This document shows positions 15,601-27,444 of a stretch of 64,000 nucleotides of DNA, in pieces; position 1 is the stretch's first letter, and the number at the start of each line of letters is the position of its first letter. The DNA is taken from contig CM075999.1 of assembly GCA_038087875.1 (NCBI GenBank), forward strand, positions 1,366,001-1,430,000, in the 5' to 3' direction. Made by a program: the position numbers and the translations under genes. Origin of the DNA: Malacoraja senta (taxonomy: Eukaryota). Below the pieces are notes generated by a model. That model was not told the DNA's origin. It was given only the letters and a program-made list of their open reading frames with translations, and searched no databases.

Positions 15601-18600
15601 CAAAAGGATTTGAGTATAGGAGCAGGGAGGTTCTACTGCAGTTGTACAGGGTCTTGGTGAGACCACACCTGGAGTATTGCGTACAGTTTTGGTCTCTAAA
15701 TCTGAGGAAGGACATTATAGCCATAGAGGGAGTGCAGAGAAGGTTCACCAGACTGATTCCTGGGATGTCAGGACTTTCATATGAAGAAAGACTGGATAGA
15801 CTTGGCTTATACTCGCTAGAATTTAGGAGATTGAGAGGGGATCTTATAGAAACGTACAAAATTCTTATGGGGTTGGACAGGCTAGATGCAGGAAGATTGT
15901 TCCCGATGTTGGGGAAGTCCAGGACAAGGGGTCACAGCTTAAGGATAAGGGGGAAATCCTTTAGGATGAGGACAGATGAGGAAAAACTTTTTCACACAGA
16001 GTGGTGAATCTCTGGAACTCTCTGCCACAGAGGGTAGTTGAGGCCAGTTCATTGGCTATATTTAAGAGGGAGTTAGATGTGGCCCTTGTGGCTAAAGGGA
16101 TCAGGGGGTATGGAGAGAAGGCAGGTACGGGATACTGAGTTGGATGATCAGCCATGATCATATTGAATGGCGGTGCAGGCTCGAAGGGCCGAATGGCCTA
16201 CACGTGCACCTATTTTCTATGTATCTATGTATCTAAGTAGAACTGTTACTTATTAACAAGCCTAACTCAGTGGAAGTTTTAACAAAAAAGCCACTTTTCA
16301 GAGGACATCAATGAGTTACTTCTAAAGTCATTGACTTGTATTCCCTTAAACTTCACCTTGAGAAAATTATGCATCCACCTCACCAGGTACTGAGGTTGCA
16401 TGAACATGGTTTCAAAAAGTTTGGGCTTCACTTAATTCAGGTATCCCAAATTGATTGTATAGAGAAGTTATTTATCTGGCACTAGACACCACAGCAAAGG
16501 GGACACAATTGTTAACAGTGAACCTTTAGGAGTGTAATCAGAAGAAAAAAAAACATTTCCCCAGCAGAAATTGAGATGTTCCCTCTTGAACCTGTCAGCA
16601 CTGGTCCAAGAGACAGTGTTACAGATATATGTGGGAAGGGAATGGACCAAAGAAAGAATGGAGTCATGCCAGAATGGAGATATCCAGTTGGGTAATAACA
16701 GGGTGAAATAATGGGTGTGCATAGACAGTCCTGATTATGGACCTTGTGCAAAAGGTATCAGTGAGCTGTATGAGGCTGGGCACGACTAGGCTGGCAATTG
16801 TGAAAGGAAGATCTCTTGAGGAAACAAGGTCTGTGACTGTGTGGCGACAACAGCCTGATGTTCGATAACGGAGTCATGGTTCAGAAGGAGGTTCAATGAT
16901 GTGACGAGACAGAGCAGTGCAGGACAGGAACAGCCTACTCGGCCCACAATGCCCATGTCAAACAAAAAGCATCATCCATGCTGATAAGAGTTGACTTGTA
17001 TAAATGCAAGCCCTTGCTTCCCGTACTTACATTTCCTGTCAGTGCAAGGCACACGGTGTGCATTCCACCAGCCTCCACCTGCACAATCTTCTCTGGTAGT
17101 CCCTTGACCAAAGCAGGTTTCTTCCTCTCCATGATGTTTTCACCAAGACCGAGTTGGCCAACATCACCCTGACCCAGCGTCAGGACGACTCCAGGGATTG
17201 CCCCGTGGGAGGAATGAGAGACTATGGAGAAAGAAAGACAGATTAGGCTTCCAGCAGAACCCTTAAGCCCGTCCCACTTACGTGTCCTTGGCACGCTAAT
17301 TATGCGACCTCGTGGTCGCGTTGAGCCGCAACGCTCCCGCGAAGGTCGCGCGCGACTTCATTCGTCCGCACAGCCGTCTGGAGCGCGTGACGTCATTTGA
17401 AGATGGACACAAAATGCAGGAGTAACTCAGCGGGACCGGCAGCATCTCTGGAGAGAAGGAATGGGTGATGTTTCGTGTTGAGACTCTTCTTCAGTCTGAA
17501 AGCAGGGTCTCGACCCGAAACGTCACCCGTTGCTTCTCTCCAGAGATGCTGCCGGTCCCGCTGAGCTACTACAGCATTTTGTGTCTATCTTCAATTTACT
17601 TGGCCCCGCTCTGGGAGTAGAAGTGGGGGCGGATCCGGACCGCAACGGCCGTGAGCCCCAGGCCGAGTTCGGCGATTGTTGGCCTGCTTCTGCTGCAGGT
17701 GAGACGTTGCATCGTGCCAGGGTCTTGGGCCTGTCCCACTTTGGCCGTCAGTTACGCGACAGGCCATTGGTGCGCGAAGATTTCGTTCGCTACAAACATT
17801 TCGGAGCCCCGTACGATGTCGCGCACAACTACATATCCCTCCGCGCTTCTCAGTGGGACCAGCCCCGCGCGGCCATACAATGCCCGTGCGCCTCAACGCG
17901 ACCACGAGGTCGCGTAATTTGCGTGCCAAGGACACGTAAGTGGGACAGGCCCTTTAGGCTACGCTTGTTTTGGTCGAGCATAGAAGGGAGGTTTATTCAA
18001 GAGATTTGCAGATAAAATGTAAATTTTAATGTAAATGTAACAAAGTATATTAAGCTGCAGTCTTTCATATAAAATACAAAGCTATAGCTTCAACACTCTT
18101 CTGAACTGAATATTAAAGATCCCACAGCTGTAGTTTCATCAGGAACTCTGGAACAGGAGTTCTCTCAGAAGTCCTCGCTGACATTTACCCTTAACTAAAA
18201 GGTAGACAAAAATGCTGGAGAAACTCAGCGGGTGAGGCAGCATCTATGGAGTGAAGAAATAGGTGACATTTCGGGTTGAGACCCTTCTTCAGGCTGATGT
18301 GGGGGGTGGGAAGAAGAAAGGAAGAGGCTGTGGGAGAGCTGGGAAGGGGAGAGGAAGGAGGGAGAAAGCAAGGACTACTTGAAATTGGAGAAGTCAATGT
18401 TCATACTGCTGGGGTGTAAACTACCCAAGCGAAATATGAGGTGCTGCTCCAATTTGCGGTGGGACTCACTCTGGCCATGGAGGAGTCCCAGGAGAGAAAG
18501 GTCGGATTCGGAATGGGAGAAGGAGTTGAAGTGCTGAGCCACCGGGTGATCGGGTTGGTTATTGCGAACCGAGTGGAGGTGTTGGGCGAAGCGATCGCCA

Positions 18601-21600
18601 AGTCTGCGCTTGGTCTCACCGATGCAGAGCAGTTGACACCTAGATCAGCGGATGCAATAGATGAGGTTGGAGGAGGTGCAGGTGAACCTCTACCTCACCT
18701 GGAAAGACTTCTTGGGTCCTTGGATGGAGTCAAGGGGGGAGGTAAAGCGACAAGTGTAGCATTTCCTGCGGTTGCAAGGGAAAGTAACAGGGGAGGGGGT
18801 GGTTTGGGTGGGAAGGGACGAATTGACCAGAGAGTTACGGAAGGAGCGGTCTCTGCAGAAAGCCGAAAGGGGAAGAGATGGGAAGATGTGGCCAGTTGTG
18901 GGATCCCGTTGGAGGTGGCAAAAATGTCGGAGGATTATCTGTTGTATGTGACGGCTGGTAGGGTGGAAGGTGAGGACAAGTGGCACTCTGCCCTTGTTAC
19001 GAGTGGGGGTGATGGAGAGTGAGAGCGGAGCTACGGGATATAGAAGAGACCCTGGTGAGAGCCTCATCTATAGTTGAAGAGGGGAACCCCCGTTCCCTAA
19101 AGAATGAGGACATCGCCGATGCCCTGGTTTGGAACACCTCATCCTGGGTGCAGATGCGGCGTAGACGGAGGAATTGGGAGTAAGGGATAGAGTCCTTATA
19201 GGAAGCAGGGTGGGAAGAAGTGTAGTCCAGATAGCCATGGGAGTCAGTGGGCTTGTAGTACTTTTGATTTTTCCAGCATCTGCAGTTCTTTCTTAAACTT
19301 CACCCTTAACTAATGTCACAAAACTTACAAAACACCAATTACAATGATGTGAGGGAATAGCTGAGTACAAATTGATTTCCACGTTTCCTGAATCACCACA
19401 CAATTCCTTTAGATTGTATAGTTTCTGATTTTGGAGAAATCCAATAACAGGGGGACATATTTTGAACCTGGGCCTAGGTCCCTCAAGGGCTAGATCAGAA
19501 GGCATAAACGGCAGAGGTAAACCAGAACTCACCGCAAAATAGACAGAGGTTGGCGATCAATAAAAAAACTCAGTAGACATGGTACTTTAACCTTGTCTAC
19601 AATAAATCTACTAAGGAAGTCTACAATGCAGATCAGCCATGACCTACTTAAATGGTGCAAACGGTACAAGTGGCAATACAACTTGGTAATTACCTATTCT
19701 GTGGAATAATTAGTCGATGCAACTTCTGATTGAAACAAGCAGCTTTCTCCCAAACTGCATTGAAATTGCATATCCCTGAACACAGCAATGGCATCAATAA
19801 TTAACTCAAGATTCATTGAGGCTGGGAGCCAAGACCATTCTTATACAATACCCTGACACAAGCTCATCATTGAAGTAGATCTACAGAATATTCTTACACG
19901 CAATATGCCTGACTTTTTAAAAATTAATTTTTCTTGTGCCAATAACATGGCCCGGATTTACTGCCTAAAACACAATATCTCATGAAAGTTATATCTTGAG
20001 AACTTCTGCTTCAGGTACTTAGACAAAGCAGAGTTTAGATGCTAGAGTGCTGTGACTTGAAAAGGAGACTCTCTTGATAAACATGGCTTCATTTAAAAAG
20101 AATGATTTAAAAAATGCACCAAAATATTACATCCAAACTTTTTGTAATTTGTGAAACATGAGGGAATATTACATTTCCAAATATCGAACTTGCAATTGAC
20201 AGCAAGATAAACATGCACAGCAGCACATCATGGAGCCATTTACAGTGCCCTCCATAGGTTTCTTTAGAGATAGGTGTGTGATATTTTGGCCAGGCACAAT
20301 TAAAATCCATTAAAAACATTATCTGCCATGATCATATTAAATGGCGATGGTAGCTAGAAGGGCTGAATGGCCTACTACTGCACCTACTTTGAGACGAGGA
20401 AACACTTTTTCTCACAGAGTGGTGAGTCTGTGGAATTCTCTGCCTCAGGAGGCAGGTTCTCTGGATGCTTTCAAGAGAGTTAGATAGGGCTCTTAAAAAT
20501 AGCGGAGTCAGAGGATATGGGGAGAAGACAGGAACGGGGTACTGATTGGGGATGATCAGCCATGATCACATTGAATGGCGGTGCTGGCTCGAAGGGCCGA
20601 ATGGCTTACTCCTGCAACTATTGTCTATTTTCTACATTTCTTTGTTATCCAGCTCTTTCTGCAAGACATTTATGTCTGGAGAAAGGACTTATGCCTTGGA
20701 TTGAAATGTATTTCCTCCAAATGTAATGTAAAGTGAAATGTAAGACCTCCAAAGCACTCAAAGGGCCCTGAAGCTTAAATAACTTAATTCAAAACTAAAC
20801 TGGGGGCCTTTTCTCACTTTGATGCTAAGTTTGTTTTATTACTTACTCTTCTGAGATTTGTATTCTTTGACAAAGATGCAGTTACTTCCCAGATCATGGC
20901 GCCAACAGATACAACAAGGTGCAAATACGACATGAAACAATCTTTCAAGCCCTCGGGTCCACCAATTAAAACTGAGATTTTTACTCAAGAGCGTGTTACC
21001 CAAGGACATAGGGAGGCCTCCACAACAGGATAAGACACAGAAATGACTCCCATTGGCAGTCAGCCGCAACAATGACAATATCATCTGCCAGCAAGACTGA
21101 CACCAAGGGAAAATAGCTGTGATGTCACAACTACCGTTAAAAGAAAAAAAAAAGGATCAAAGTACTGCACCACCTCTCGAGCCCCGCATATGTTCACAAC
21201 GCAATAATGCAGGAGCACAATCACTTAGTGTGATGCACAGAGACTGGAAACATTTACAAAACAAAAACAGTAGACCTCATCAATGGAGTCTGCAGACATC
21301 ATAAAGCCAGATAGTGATGTGGAGTCAGTTTAAACAGCCTTCAATAAATGCCTTTATTTTTACTTGCAGATGGCAGAGGCGTCATGGAAATTTCTCAGTA
21401 TCAACTTCTTTGGTCCCCTTTTCTCGGTGGAATGATCCCTGCCATCTAAGGAACCGATGCACAATTGATTGTCTAGTGCAATGTAAATGTGTCCAAGGAG
21501 CTATTAAATTATATTAATTGTCAATTAACCATGAGAAATTGCAAGCAGTTTACTATCCTCACGTTCTGTTATCCAGCAAACAAATGCAATTGTACCAGTA

Positions 21601-23765
21601 GCTGCCAGTGAAAATTTTGCCAGTTTTTATAGTTAAGTACAGCCCAGCCAACTTTGTAAAGCGATAGATCGAACCTAGAAAAGAGAAGCGAAAATACACA
21701 ACCGACAGACCACGGACATAGAACAGTCAGGGCCAGTTTTCACTACTACTGCTAGTCTGGGCCAGAAGTACCAGTATCAGAAAGATTTGAGGGCAAGGAT
21801 GTCTGTTTCTTTCAAAGCAAAATGACCCGTTCTCCAAGTTTGACAAATTTGCAAGAAACTAATCCCCTCCTCAAATTGCACCTTAAAACCTGTATTTTGT
21901 TGATAGCGGAGGGTTGCCTATAATACAATGTTGATGATACAAGGACTGAATATAATTGGAGTTTAAGTAAGAATGTAGGAACAAATAGACAGTCTATAAC
22001 TTCTCCAGCCTGTTCTAATGATTCATTAGGATCAAGGTTGTCCCTATTGGCTCAGGATCACCTTCAAAAAGAGATTTCAGGTTGCTTTGGTATCTGGTAC
22101 CTTATGTAAAGGTACAGTCCAAGAGGCTCAGTATAACACTGTACTCTGAGCAATAAGATTCAGAGCTAGATTCTACCATATTTTGAACTTCCTAGTCTGT
22201 CGTGCTTACAAACTTTCGCACATTTACAACTGAAAAAAACTGTTTAGATTCCTGACTTATTCTTTAGTTGATACAGATTGCCATACAGTCGCTAAATGGA
22301 TAAATCCATTTAACCAAACCTTGGAAGCCAAGGTGCATGCCATCAAGAATCAAGATCCCATAAGCACCAGAGACATACAGGGAAATACTGAAGGGCTACT
22401 AACCAAATGTCAGCTAACCCAGTAACTTCCCTGACCCTTGATTACTCAGAGGCGCACATCTGTTGAAACATTGCCGTTTATTTATTAGATAAGGATATCG
22501 CTGGCATATAACTATCACTAAACGGAGAAGGCAGTTAAAAATTAGCCAGACCAGGCAAAGATTGTAGATTGACAAAAAACATTGGGGTAACTCAGCGAGA
22601 CAAGCAGCATCTCTGGAGAGTAGGAATGGGTGACGTTTCAGGTCGAGAAGGGTCTCGGCCCAAAACGTCACCCATACCTTCTCTCGAGAAGCTGCCTGTC
22701 CCGTTAAGTTACTCCAGCATTTTGTGTCTATCTTCAGTTTAAACCAGTATCCACAGTTCCTTCCTACACAAGGATTGTAGACTTCCTCCCTTAACTTTAA
22801 TAAACTAAATTGATTTTTAGAACAATCTAATTGCGTTTTGATCATAATAGATTTTTACTAAATATATTCAGATCTAGTTATAGCAATAGATTATTTTTTC
22901 CAAATTTAATTACTTGAACTTACGAATTGGGGGTTCAAAACCATGTCTTTCAATCAATAGTCCTGTTCTATGTTACCTTTCCACACCAGTGTTCTCAAAT
23001 CATGAATGGAAAATAAATCCCATTTCCCAGAACCTGGTTCCAACATCCCATTAACTGCCAAACATGCCATTCAAACATCATCCTGGCTGTCCACTAACAT
23101 TGATCTATGGGTTCTGGTGTAAAACAGAACTGCTCCTGCAGATAGGATAGTTTGGCTCTGAATGTGTAACACCAGGCCTCTAACAACAAGCCACAAAAAG
23201 TCATACTTAACACAACTTAATTCAAGAATCCAAGCTCTTACCAAGCAAGATGGAGACACGAGGAACTGCAGTTGCGGGTTTCCAAAAAAAGACGAGTTCT
23301 GGAGTAACTGAGCAAGTCACGCAGCATCTCTGAAGACCATGGATAGGTGACTTTTTGCCTCTGAAGACCCCTGACCTCAAACCACCAATCCATGTTCTCC
23401 AGAGATGCTGTCTGACCCGCTCAGTTACTCCAGCACTTTTTGTCCTTTTGCGTAAACTAGCATCTGCAGTTCCTTGTTTCTCCAGCAAGCACTTACAACA
23501 CTGGTAGATTATCAATTGACATACAAGCATTATGATAATCAAGCACAAAAAAGAAAGGAAAAGAAACGATGAATATTTTACAGCTAACAGTGCGACTACA
23601 ATAATTAAAAGATATTAACAAAATATAATTGTGGCATTTTACAATTAGTAATTGACAGGCTGAATAAATATACTCACTCTTTATCTTTTTACTTTCTTCA
23701 CCTCGCTTTTTCTCAACATCATCTTTTGATAACGAAGACCTCTTCACTGTTTTTTTTCCTGCCAT
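511..23765 (-). CDS. RCC1: Regulator of chromosome condensation 1 (Ran GEF), 3'-partial spliced CDS; coding exons 23765-23678, 17221-17031, 10226-10047, 5689-5593, 4624-4502, 3857-3705, 630-511
   Basis: Joined exons keep frame across canonical GT-AG introns and give [11 protein letters not shown]...[43 protein letters not shown]...[14 protein letters not shown]...AGDSHTAAL...[12 protein letters not shown]...GNDHLAML...GEQGQLGR...[14 protein letters not shown]...[15 protein letters not shown]. This is the recognisable RCC1 repeat sequence. The gene continues beyond base 1. Confidence 0.97.
1891..2786 (+). mobile_element. CR1-clade LINE, 5'-truncated, disrupted RT C-terminus and 3'UTR
   Basis: DTKLGG...[10 protein letters not shown]...RPHLE; stop and frameshifts; 3' end cctgcacctattgtcta. 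Confidence 0.92.
3705..3857 (-). CDS. RCC1: RCC1 coding exon 6
   Basis: [51 protein letters not shown]; tgttcAG / GTGAGC. Confidence 0.95.
4502..4624 (-). CDS. RCC1: RCC1 coding exon 5 (not in ORF track)
   Basis: Manual translation [41 protein letters not shown]; ccttttAG / GTAAAT. Confidence 0.93.
5593..5689 (-). CDS. RCC1: RCC1 coding exon 4
   Basis: [32 protein letters not shown]; ttttgcAG / GTGAGA. Confidence 0.93.
6193..8126 (-). mobile_element. CR1-clade LINE, 5'-truncated, frameshifted ORF2 (RT)
   Basis: ORFs 7573-8262, 6801-7559 and 6278-6913 are consecutive RT pieces ([31 protein letters not shown]). Confidence 0.96.
9748..10014 (+). mobile_element. tRNA-derived V-SINE (HE1-like)
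   Basis: A box TGGCGCAGCGG, B box GGTTCGATCC, (ctaaa)n tail. Confidence 0.88.
10047..10226 (-). CDS. RCC1: RCC1 coding exon 3
   Basis: [16 protein letters not shown]...[24 protein letters not shown]; 180 nt, AG/GTGAGC boundaries. Confidence 0.95.
12432..14773 (+). repeat. Tandem direct duplication, period ~1224-1226 bp (12432-13655 / 13656-14773)
   Basis: Near-identical sequence, e.g. actgtggatggctcgatgtagtg at 12438 and 13662. Confidence 0.95.
12826..13660 (+). mobile_element. CR1 ORF1 fragment (SGNH/GDSL esterase-like), first copy of a tandem duplication
   Basis: ORF 12863-13696 with DSIVR, CLPGA, VHIGTND and DGLHLN motifs typical of CR1 ORF1 esterase. Confidence 0.9.
14052..16235 (+). 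mobile_element. CR1 LINE with internal deletion: ORF1 fragment fused at ~14773 to the ORF2 RT region and 3' tail
   Basis: GDSIVR/HIGTND ORF1 motifs, then RT ORF 14901-16007; tail tatgtatctatgtatcta. Confidence 0.94.
17031..17221 (-). CDS. RCC1: RCC1 coding exon 2
   Basis: [38 protein letters not shown]...AGGMHTVCL; acceptor ctccatAG, donor GTAAGT. Confidence 0.95.
17267..17952. mobile_element. MITE-like element with ~60-bp terminal inverted repeats (possibly PIF/Harbinger), containing a nested palindromic Penelope-derived repeat (17405-17590)
   Basis: gtcccacttacgtgtccttggcacgc...cgcgttgag (17271-17325) is the near-perfect reverse complement of 17892-17946; TAA/TTA-like flanks. Confidence 0.75.
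18199..19298 (-). mobile_element. Penelope-like retroelement 3' fragment (GIY-YIG endonuclease region, disrupted) with pseudo-LTR and inverted piece
   Basis: [10 protein letters not shown]...[10 protein letters not shown], followed by [33 protein letters not shown]; hammerhead-like core at ~18292-18263; inverted segment 19261-19298. Confidence 0.88.
20323..20630 (+). mobile_element. Two abutting CR1 3'-end fragments
   Basis: gccatgatca(t/c)att...gaagggc...cctactcctgca 3'UTR motif occurs twice. Confidence 0.8.
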
Positions 23766-23780
23766 TGTATTATGAAATTC
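23678..23780 (-). CDS. RCC1: RCC1 first coding exon (ATG at 23765; basic N-terminal tail/NLS)
   Basis: Acceptor cttatcAG, acaATGg context, [29 protein letters not shown], donor GTGAGT; phase 1 matches the next exon. Confidence 0.88.
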
Positions 23781-25054
23781 CTGATAAGCAATATTAAGCA
23801 GTTTAAGTGACTAAATAGAGACAATACATATGCATGACTAGATAGCACAAGACTTATCTGCATCAGCATCAGAGGTTCTTCAGTTTAAAATATCCCATCT
23901 TGTCTGAAGGGTTCCAACCCCAAACGTCACCTATCCATTCCCTTCACAGATGCTGCCTAACCCGCTAAATTTCTCCAGCATTTTGTACTTTGCTCCCATC
24001 TTTAGAAACCATTTGTGAAATAAACCATTTGTTTATGAGTAGAAACAATGAACTGCAGTCTGGTTTATAAAAAATACCATTCTGAATTTTCTGAAGAAGG
24101 GTCCCGACCCGAAAGGTCACCTATCTGTGCTCTCCAGGGATGCTGTCTGACCCACTGAGTTACTCCAACACTTTGTGTCATCTATTTATGATAACTGCTG
24201 CTTTTATTGTGAACGCTGAATAGGTCCAGCATATTAATGACGGATTCATTCTGCGCTGACTTCTTGATTCAAATATGCTATTGCACTAAATCATTAGAAC
24301 AATTTCTCATTAAGACACTGACTGCAAATACAGCATGCTATATTTTAAAACACGTCTAGACTTTTGTAACATTAGGCTGACTTTTGGACATCGTGCCAAT
24401 GCAGCTCTTTCAAAACAATTCATTCCCTCAATTCCTTTTTCCCCATAATCTCGATTTATTTACTTCCCCTCAAGATTACTTTCAAATCCATTTTCAAAGC
24501 GAAAGAACACAATTCGAATGAATTGAAAAACACATCGTTTCCTCGGCAAAGATTTAAAAAAATAAACCAACTGGCCACAATTTCCAATTACGTCCCTTAT
24601 CATTTTGCCACAAACACTCGATATCCAAATGACACTCCACCGGAGGGAAACTAAAGTTCTAAGAAAGCTCAAATGTTTGCTGACATCTCCACGCACTCAC
24701 TCCACACTGTGTAAGTCTGATTCTTATATGAAAACTACTTTTAAAATGTGGAGATCGCTGACAATTAGACTAGAACGTCACAAATACTGCGCTCCAAGGC
24801 ACAGACACAGGAAGGAGAGGGGGACCGAGCCCGGCCAGAGAAGAGGGAGGAAGGGACAGAGACCGGGGCTTGGAGCTCAGGCCCACCTCTTTTAAACTTC
24901 CCGCCTGCCACAAATGCGGCCGCCTGTTCGAGCAAAGAAAAACTTCCATAACAGGCGAGCGATGAGCTGCCCGGGGCGAGGGAGGAGGGAGACATGCGGA
25001 AGGGAGATGCAGATGGGGGAAGAGGAAGGCACGGGAGGGAGTGAGGGGCACATT

Positions 25055-25500
25055 GGTGGTGGTGGTGGTGGTGGGGGGTGGTGGTGGTGGTGGGGGGTGG
25101 GGGGTGGGGGGGAGAGAGAGGGGGACACTTGAGGTGGGGGGAGTAGAGGGACACATGGGAGGGGGGGTGTAGGGGGATACATGGGGTAGGTAGGTGGGGG
25201 AGAGGGACACTTGGGGGGGGAGAGAGAGAGAGGGACACTTGGAGGGGGGGGGAGTAGAGGGACACATGGGAGGGGGGAGTAGGGGGATACATGGGGTGGG
25301 TAGGTAGGTGGGGGAGAGGGACACTTGGGGGGGAGAGAGAGGGACACATTTGGGGGGGTGGTAGGGGGATACATGGGGTAGGTAGGTGGGGGAGAGGGAC
25401 ACTTGGGGGGGGGAGAGAGAGAGAGAGGGACACATTGGGGGGGTAGGGGGATACATGGGGTAGGTAGGTGGGGGAGAGGGACACATGAGGGGGGGGGGAA
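25055..25500 (+). repeat. G-rich minisatellite plus (GGT)n in RCC1 intron 1
   Basis: Recurring gggacac(t/a)tgggggg...gtagggggatacatggggtaggtaggtgggggaga units. Confidence 0.9.
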
Positions 25501-25649
25501 GGGTAGTCAGGCGCGACGAGAGAGGGAGGGAGACACCGGGAGAGTGGGACACGCGGGAGGGAAGGAGAGGGGGAGACATGGGGGAAGGAAGGAAGGTGAG
25601 AGAAGGGGGACACAGATTATGCAAGGGGAGGAGACACGGGTGAAGGAAG

Positions 25650-26270
25650 GGAATGTGGAGGTGGGACAGCGGGGGCGTGCAGGCTCTGAGCCAGGGGAGG
25701 GGGGGGGGACGAGGCCGCAGCCGCAGCGAGCGAGCGGGAGGTCAACAGCTGCTGCTGCCGCCCGGGCTCTGATCCAGCCGGAGGCCGGGCCCTGACGGGG
25801 AGAGATACGGGTGGGAACACCCCCGGCACCAGCGACGGGAGGTTATATTTACCCGCTCTCTTGCCTCGTCTTCTCTTCTCTTCACTTCACTTCACTTCAC
25901 TTCTCTCCCTCAGCGATCCACCCGCCACAGACCGGTCTATCTCTGCCTGTCAATCGCGCACGCGCACACACGGACCCTGACCGACTCGCCGCGCGTGCGC
26001 ACTGCGGCGGAGTGGATGGGGTCGAGAACGCGCAATTGCCGCTGCCGCGCGTGCGCACTGCGGGGAAGGGGCGAGAACGCGCGCACTGCTGCTGGCCGCT
26101 TACGCGCGCATGCGCACTGCGGGAGCGTACAGAAAGGAAGAGCAAGCGCACGCCCCCCCCTGGCCCGACCCGCCGCGCGTGCGCACCGCCGGTGGGGGGG
26201 GGGGGGGGATGAAAGAGAGCGCACCATTTGGAATGGACCAGCGGACGCGGCAGAAGCTAGCTCCGACGAT
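25650..26270 (-). promoter_or_regulatory. RCC1: CpG island: probable RCC1 promoter and non-coding exon 1 (donor after 25853), with repeated NRF1-type GCGC(A/G)TGCGC motifs
   Basis: High CpG density ~2 kb upstream of the first coding exon. Minus-strand donor cgg|GTAAAT at 25852. GCGCGTGCGC/GCGCATGCGC at ~25991, 26047, 26106, 26175. TSS position is not determinable. Confidence 0.75.
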
Positions 26271-26720
26271 CGACATAAAATGCTGGAGTAACTCAGCGGG
26301 ACAGGCAGCATCTCTGGAGACAAGGAATGGATGAGTTTCGGGCCGAGACTGAGAGTTCGGAGAGAGGAAGACACTAGAGATACGGAAGGATAACGTGTGA
26401 AAACGACAGATCAAAGTGGACGCTGTAAGGAATTGTACAATGGTTCATTGTTAGCTGAGGGGAAGGTGACAATCAGTAAAATTAATCTGAGAACTGGGGT
26501 GAGGGAGGGAGGGAAATCAATAAAGTCAGCTCCGTTTTTCTCTCGTTTCTCATCTTGCCTTTTCTTCATGGTTACCTACCACCAGGTGCGATGGCAGCTT
26601 CGCCTACGGTCTGTCTGTCTTTTCGGCTTTTTGTCATTTTTAGTGTGTTTTAAAAGTATGTTAATGCTCTCTGGTTTGTTTTACGTGGGGGGTGGGTGCG
26701 GGTCGGGGGAAACTTTTCTC

Positions 26721-27240
26721 TGAAAGTTGGCGTGCAGGTACAGTAGGCAGTGAAGAAAGCTAATGGAATGTTGGCCTTCATAACAAGAGGATTTCAGTAT
26801 AGAAGTAGAGAGGTTCTTCTGCAATTGTATAGGGCTCTGGTAAGACCACATCTGGAGTATTGCGTACAGTTTTGGCCTCCAAATTTAAGGAAGGACATCC
26901 TTGTGATTGAGGCAGTGCAGCGTAGGTTCACGAGATTGATCCCTGGGATGGCGGGACTGTCATATGAGGCAGTCACGGGTTATTGATTGGGGACGATCAA
27001 CCATGATCACAATGAATGGCGGTGCTGGCTCGAAGGGCCGAATGGCCTCCTCCTGCACCTATTTTCTGTTTCTATGCAGAAGGCTCGACCAGCCCCGACC
27101 CTGGGTAAATCGCCCGGCATGAGGAAAGATTGAAAAGACTAGGCTTGTATTCACTGGAGTTTAGAAGGATGAGGGGTGATCTTATAGAAACATATAAAAT
27201 TATAAAAGGACTTGACAAGCTAGATGCAGGAAAAATGTTC
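26721..27240 (+). mobile_element. Rearranged CR1 ORF2/3'UTR fragments
   Basis: [10 protein letters not shown]...[11 protein letters not shown] to ~26968, resuming at ~27120 ([11 protein letters not shown]). Confidence 0.85.
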
Positions 27241-27444
27241 TCGTTTCTCATCTTGCCTTTTCTTCATGGTTACCTGCCACCGAGTGGCGCCGTCAGCGAT
27301 GGCATTTTTAGTGTGTTTTAAAAGTATGTTAATGTTCTCTGGTTTGTTTTACATGGGAGGTTAAAGGGGGTCGGGGGAATTTTTTTTCAATCTTTTACCT
27401 TGCCTGTGATGCGATTGTTTTCCGGATCGTATCTCCAGTCGCTC

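Noticed and set aside
24765..25795. Pro-rich and Gly-rich ORFs (282 aa, 284 aa, etc.)
   Set aside because: Translations of the G-rich minisatellite, open in several frames.
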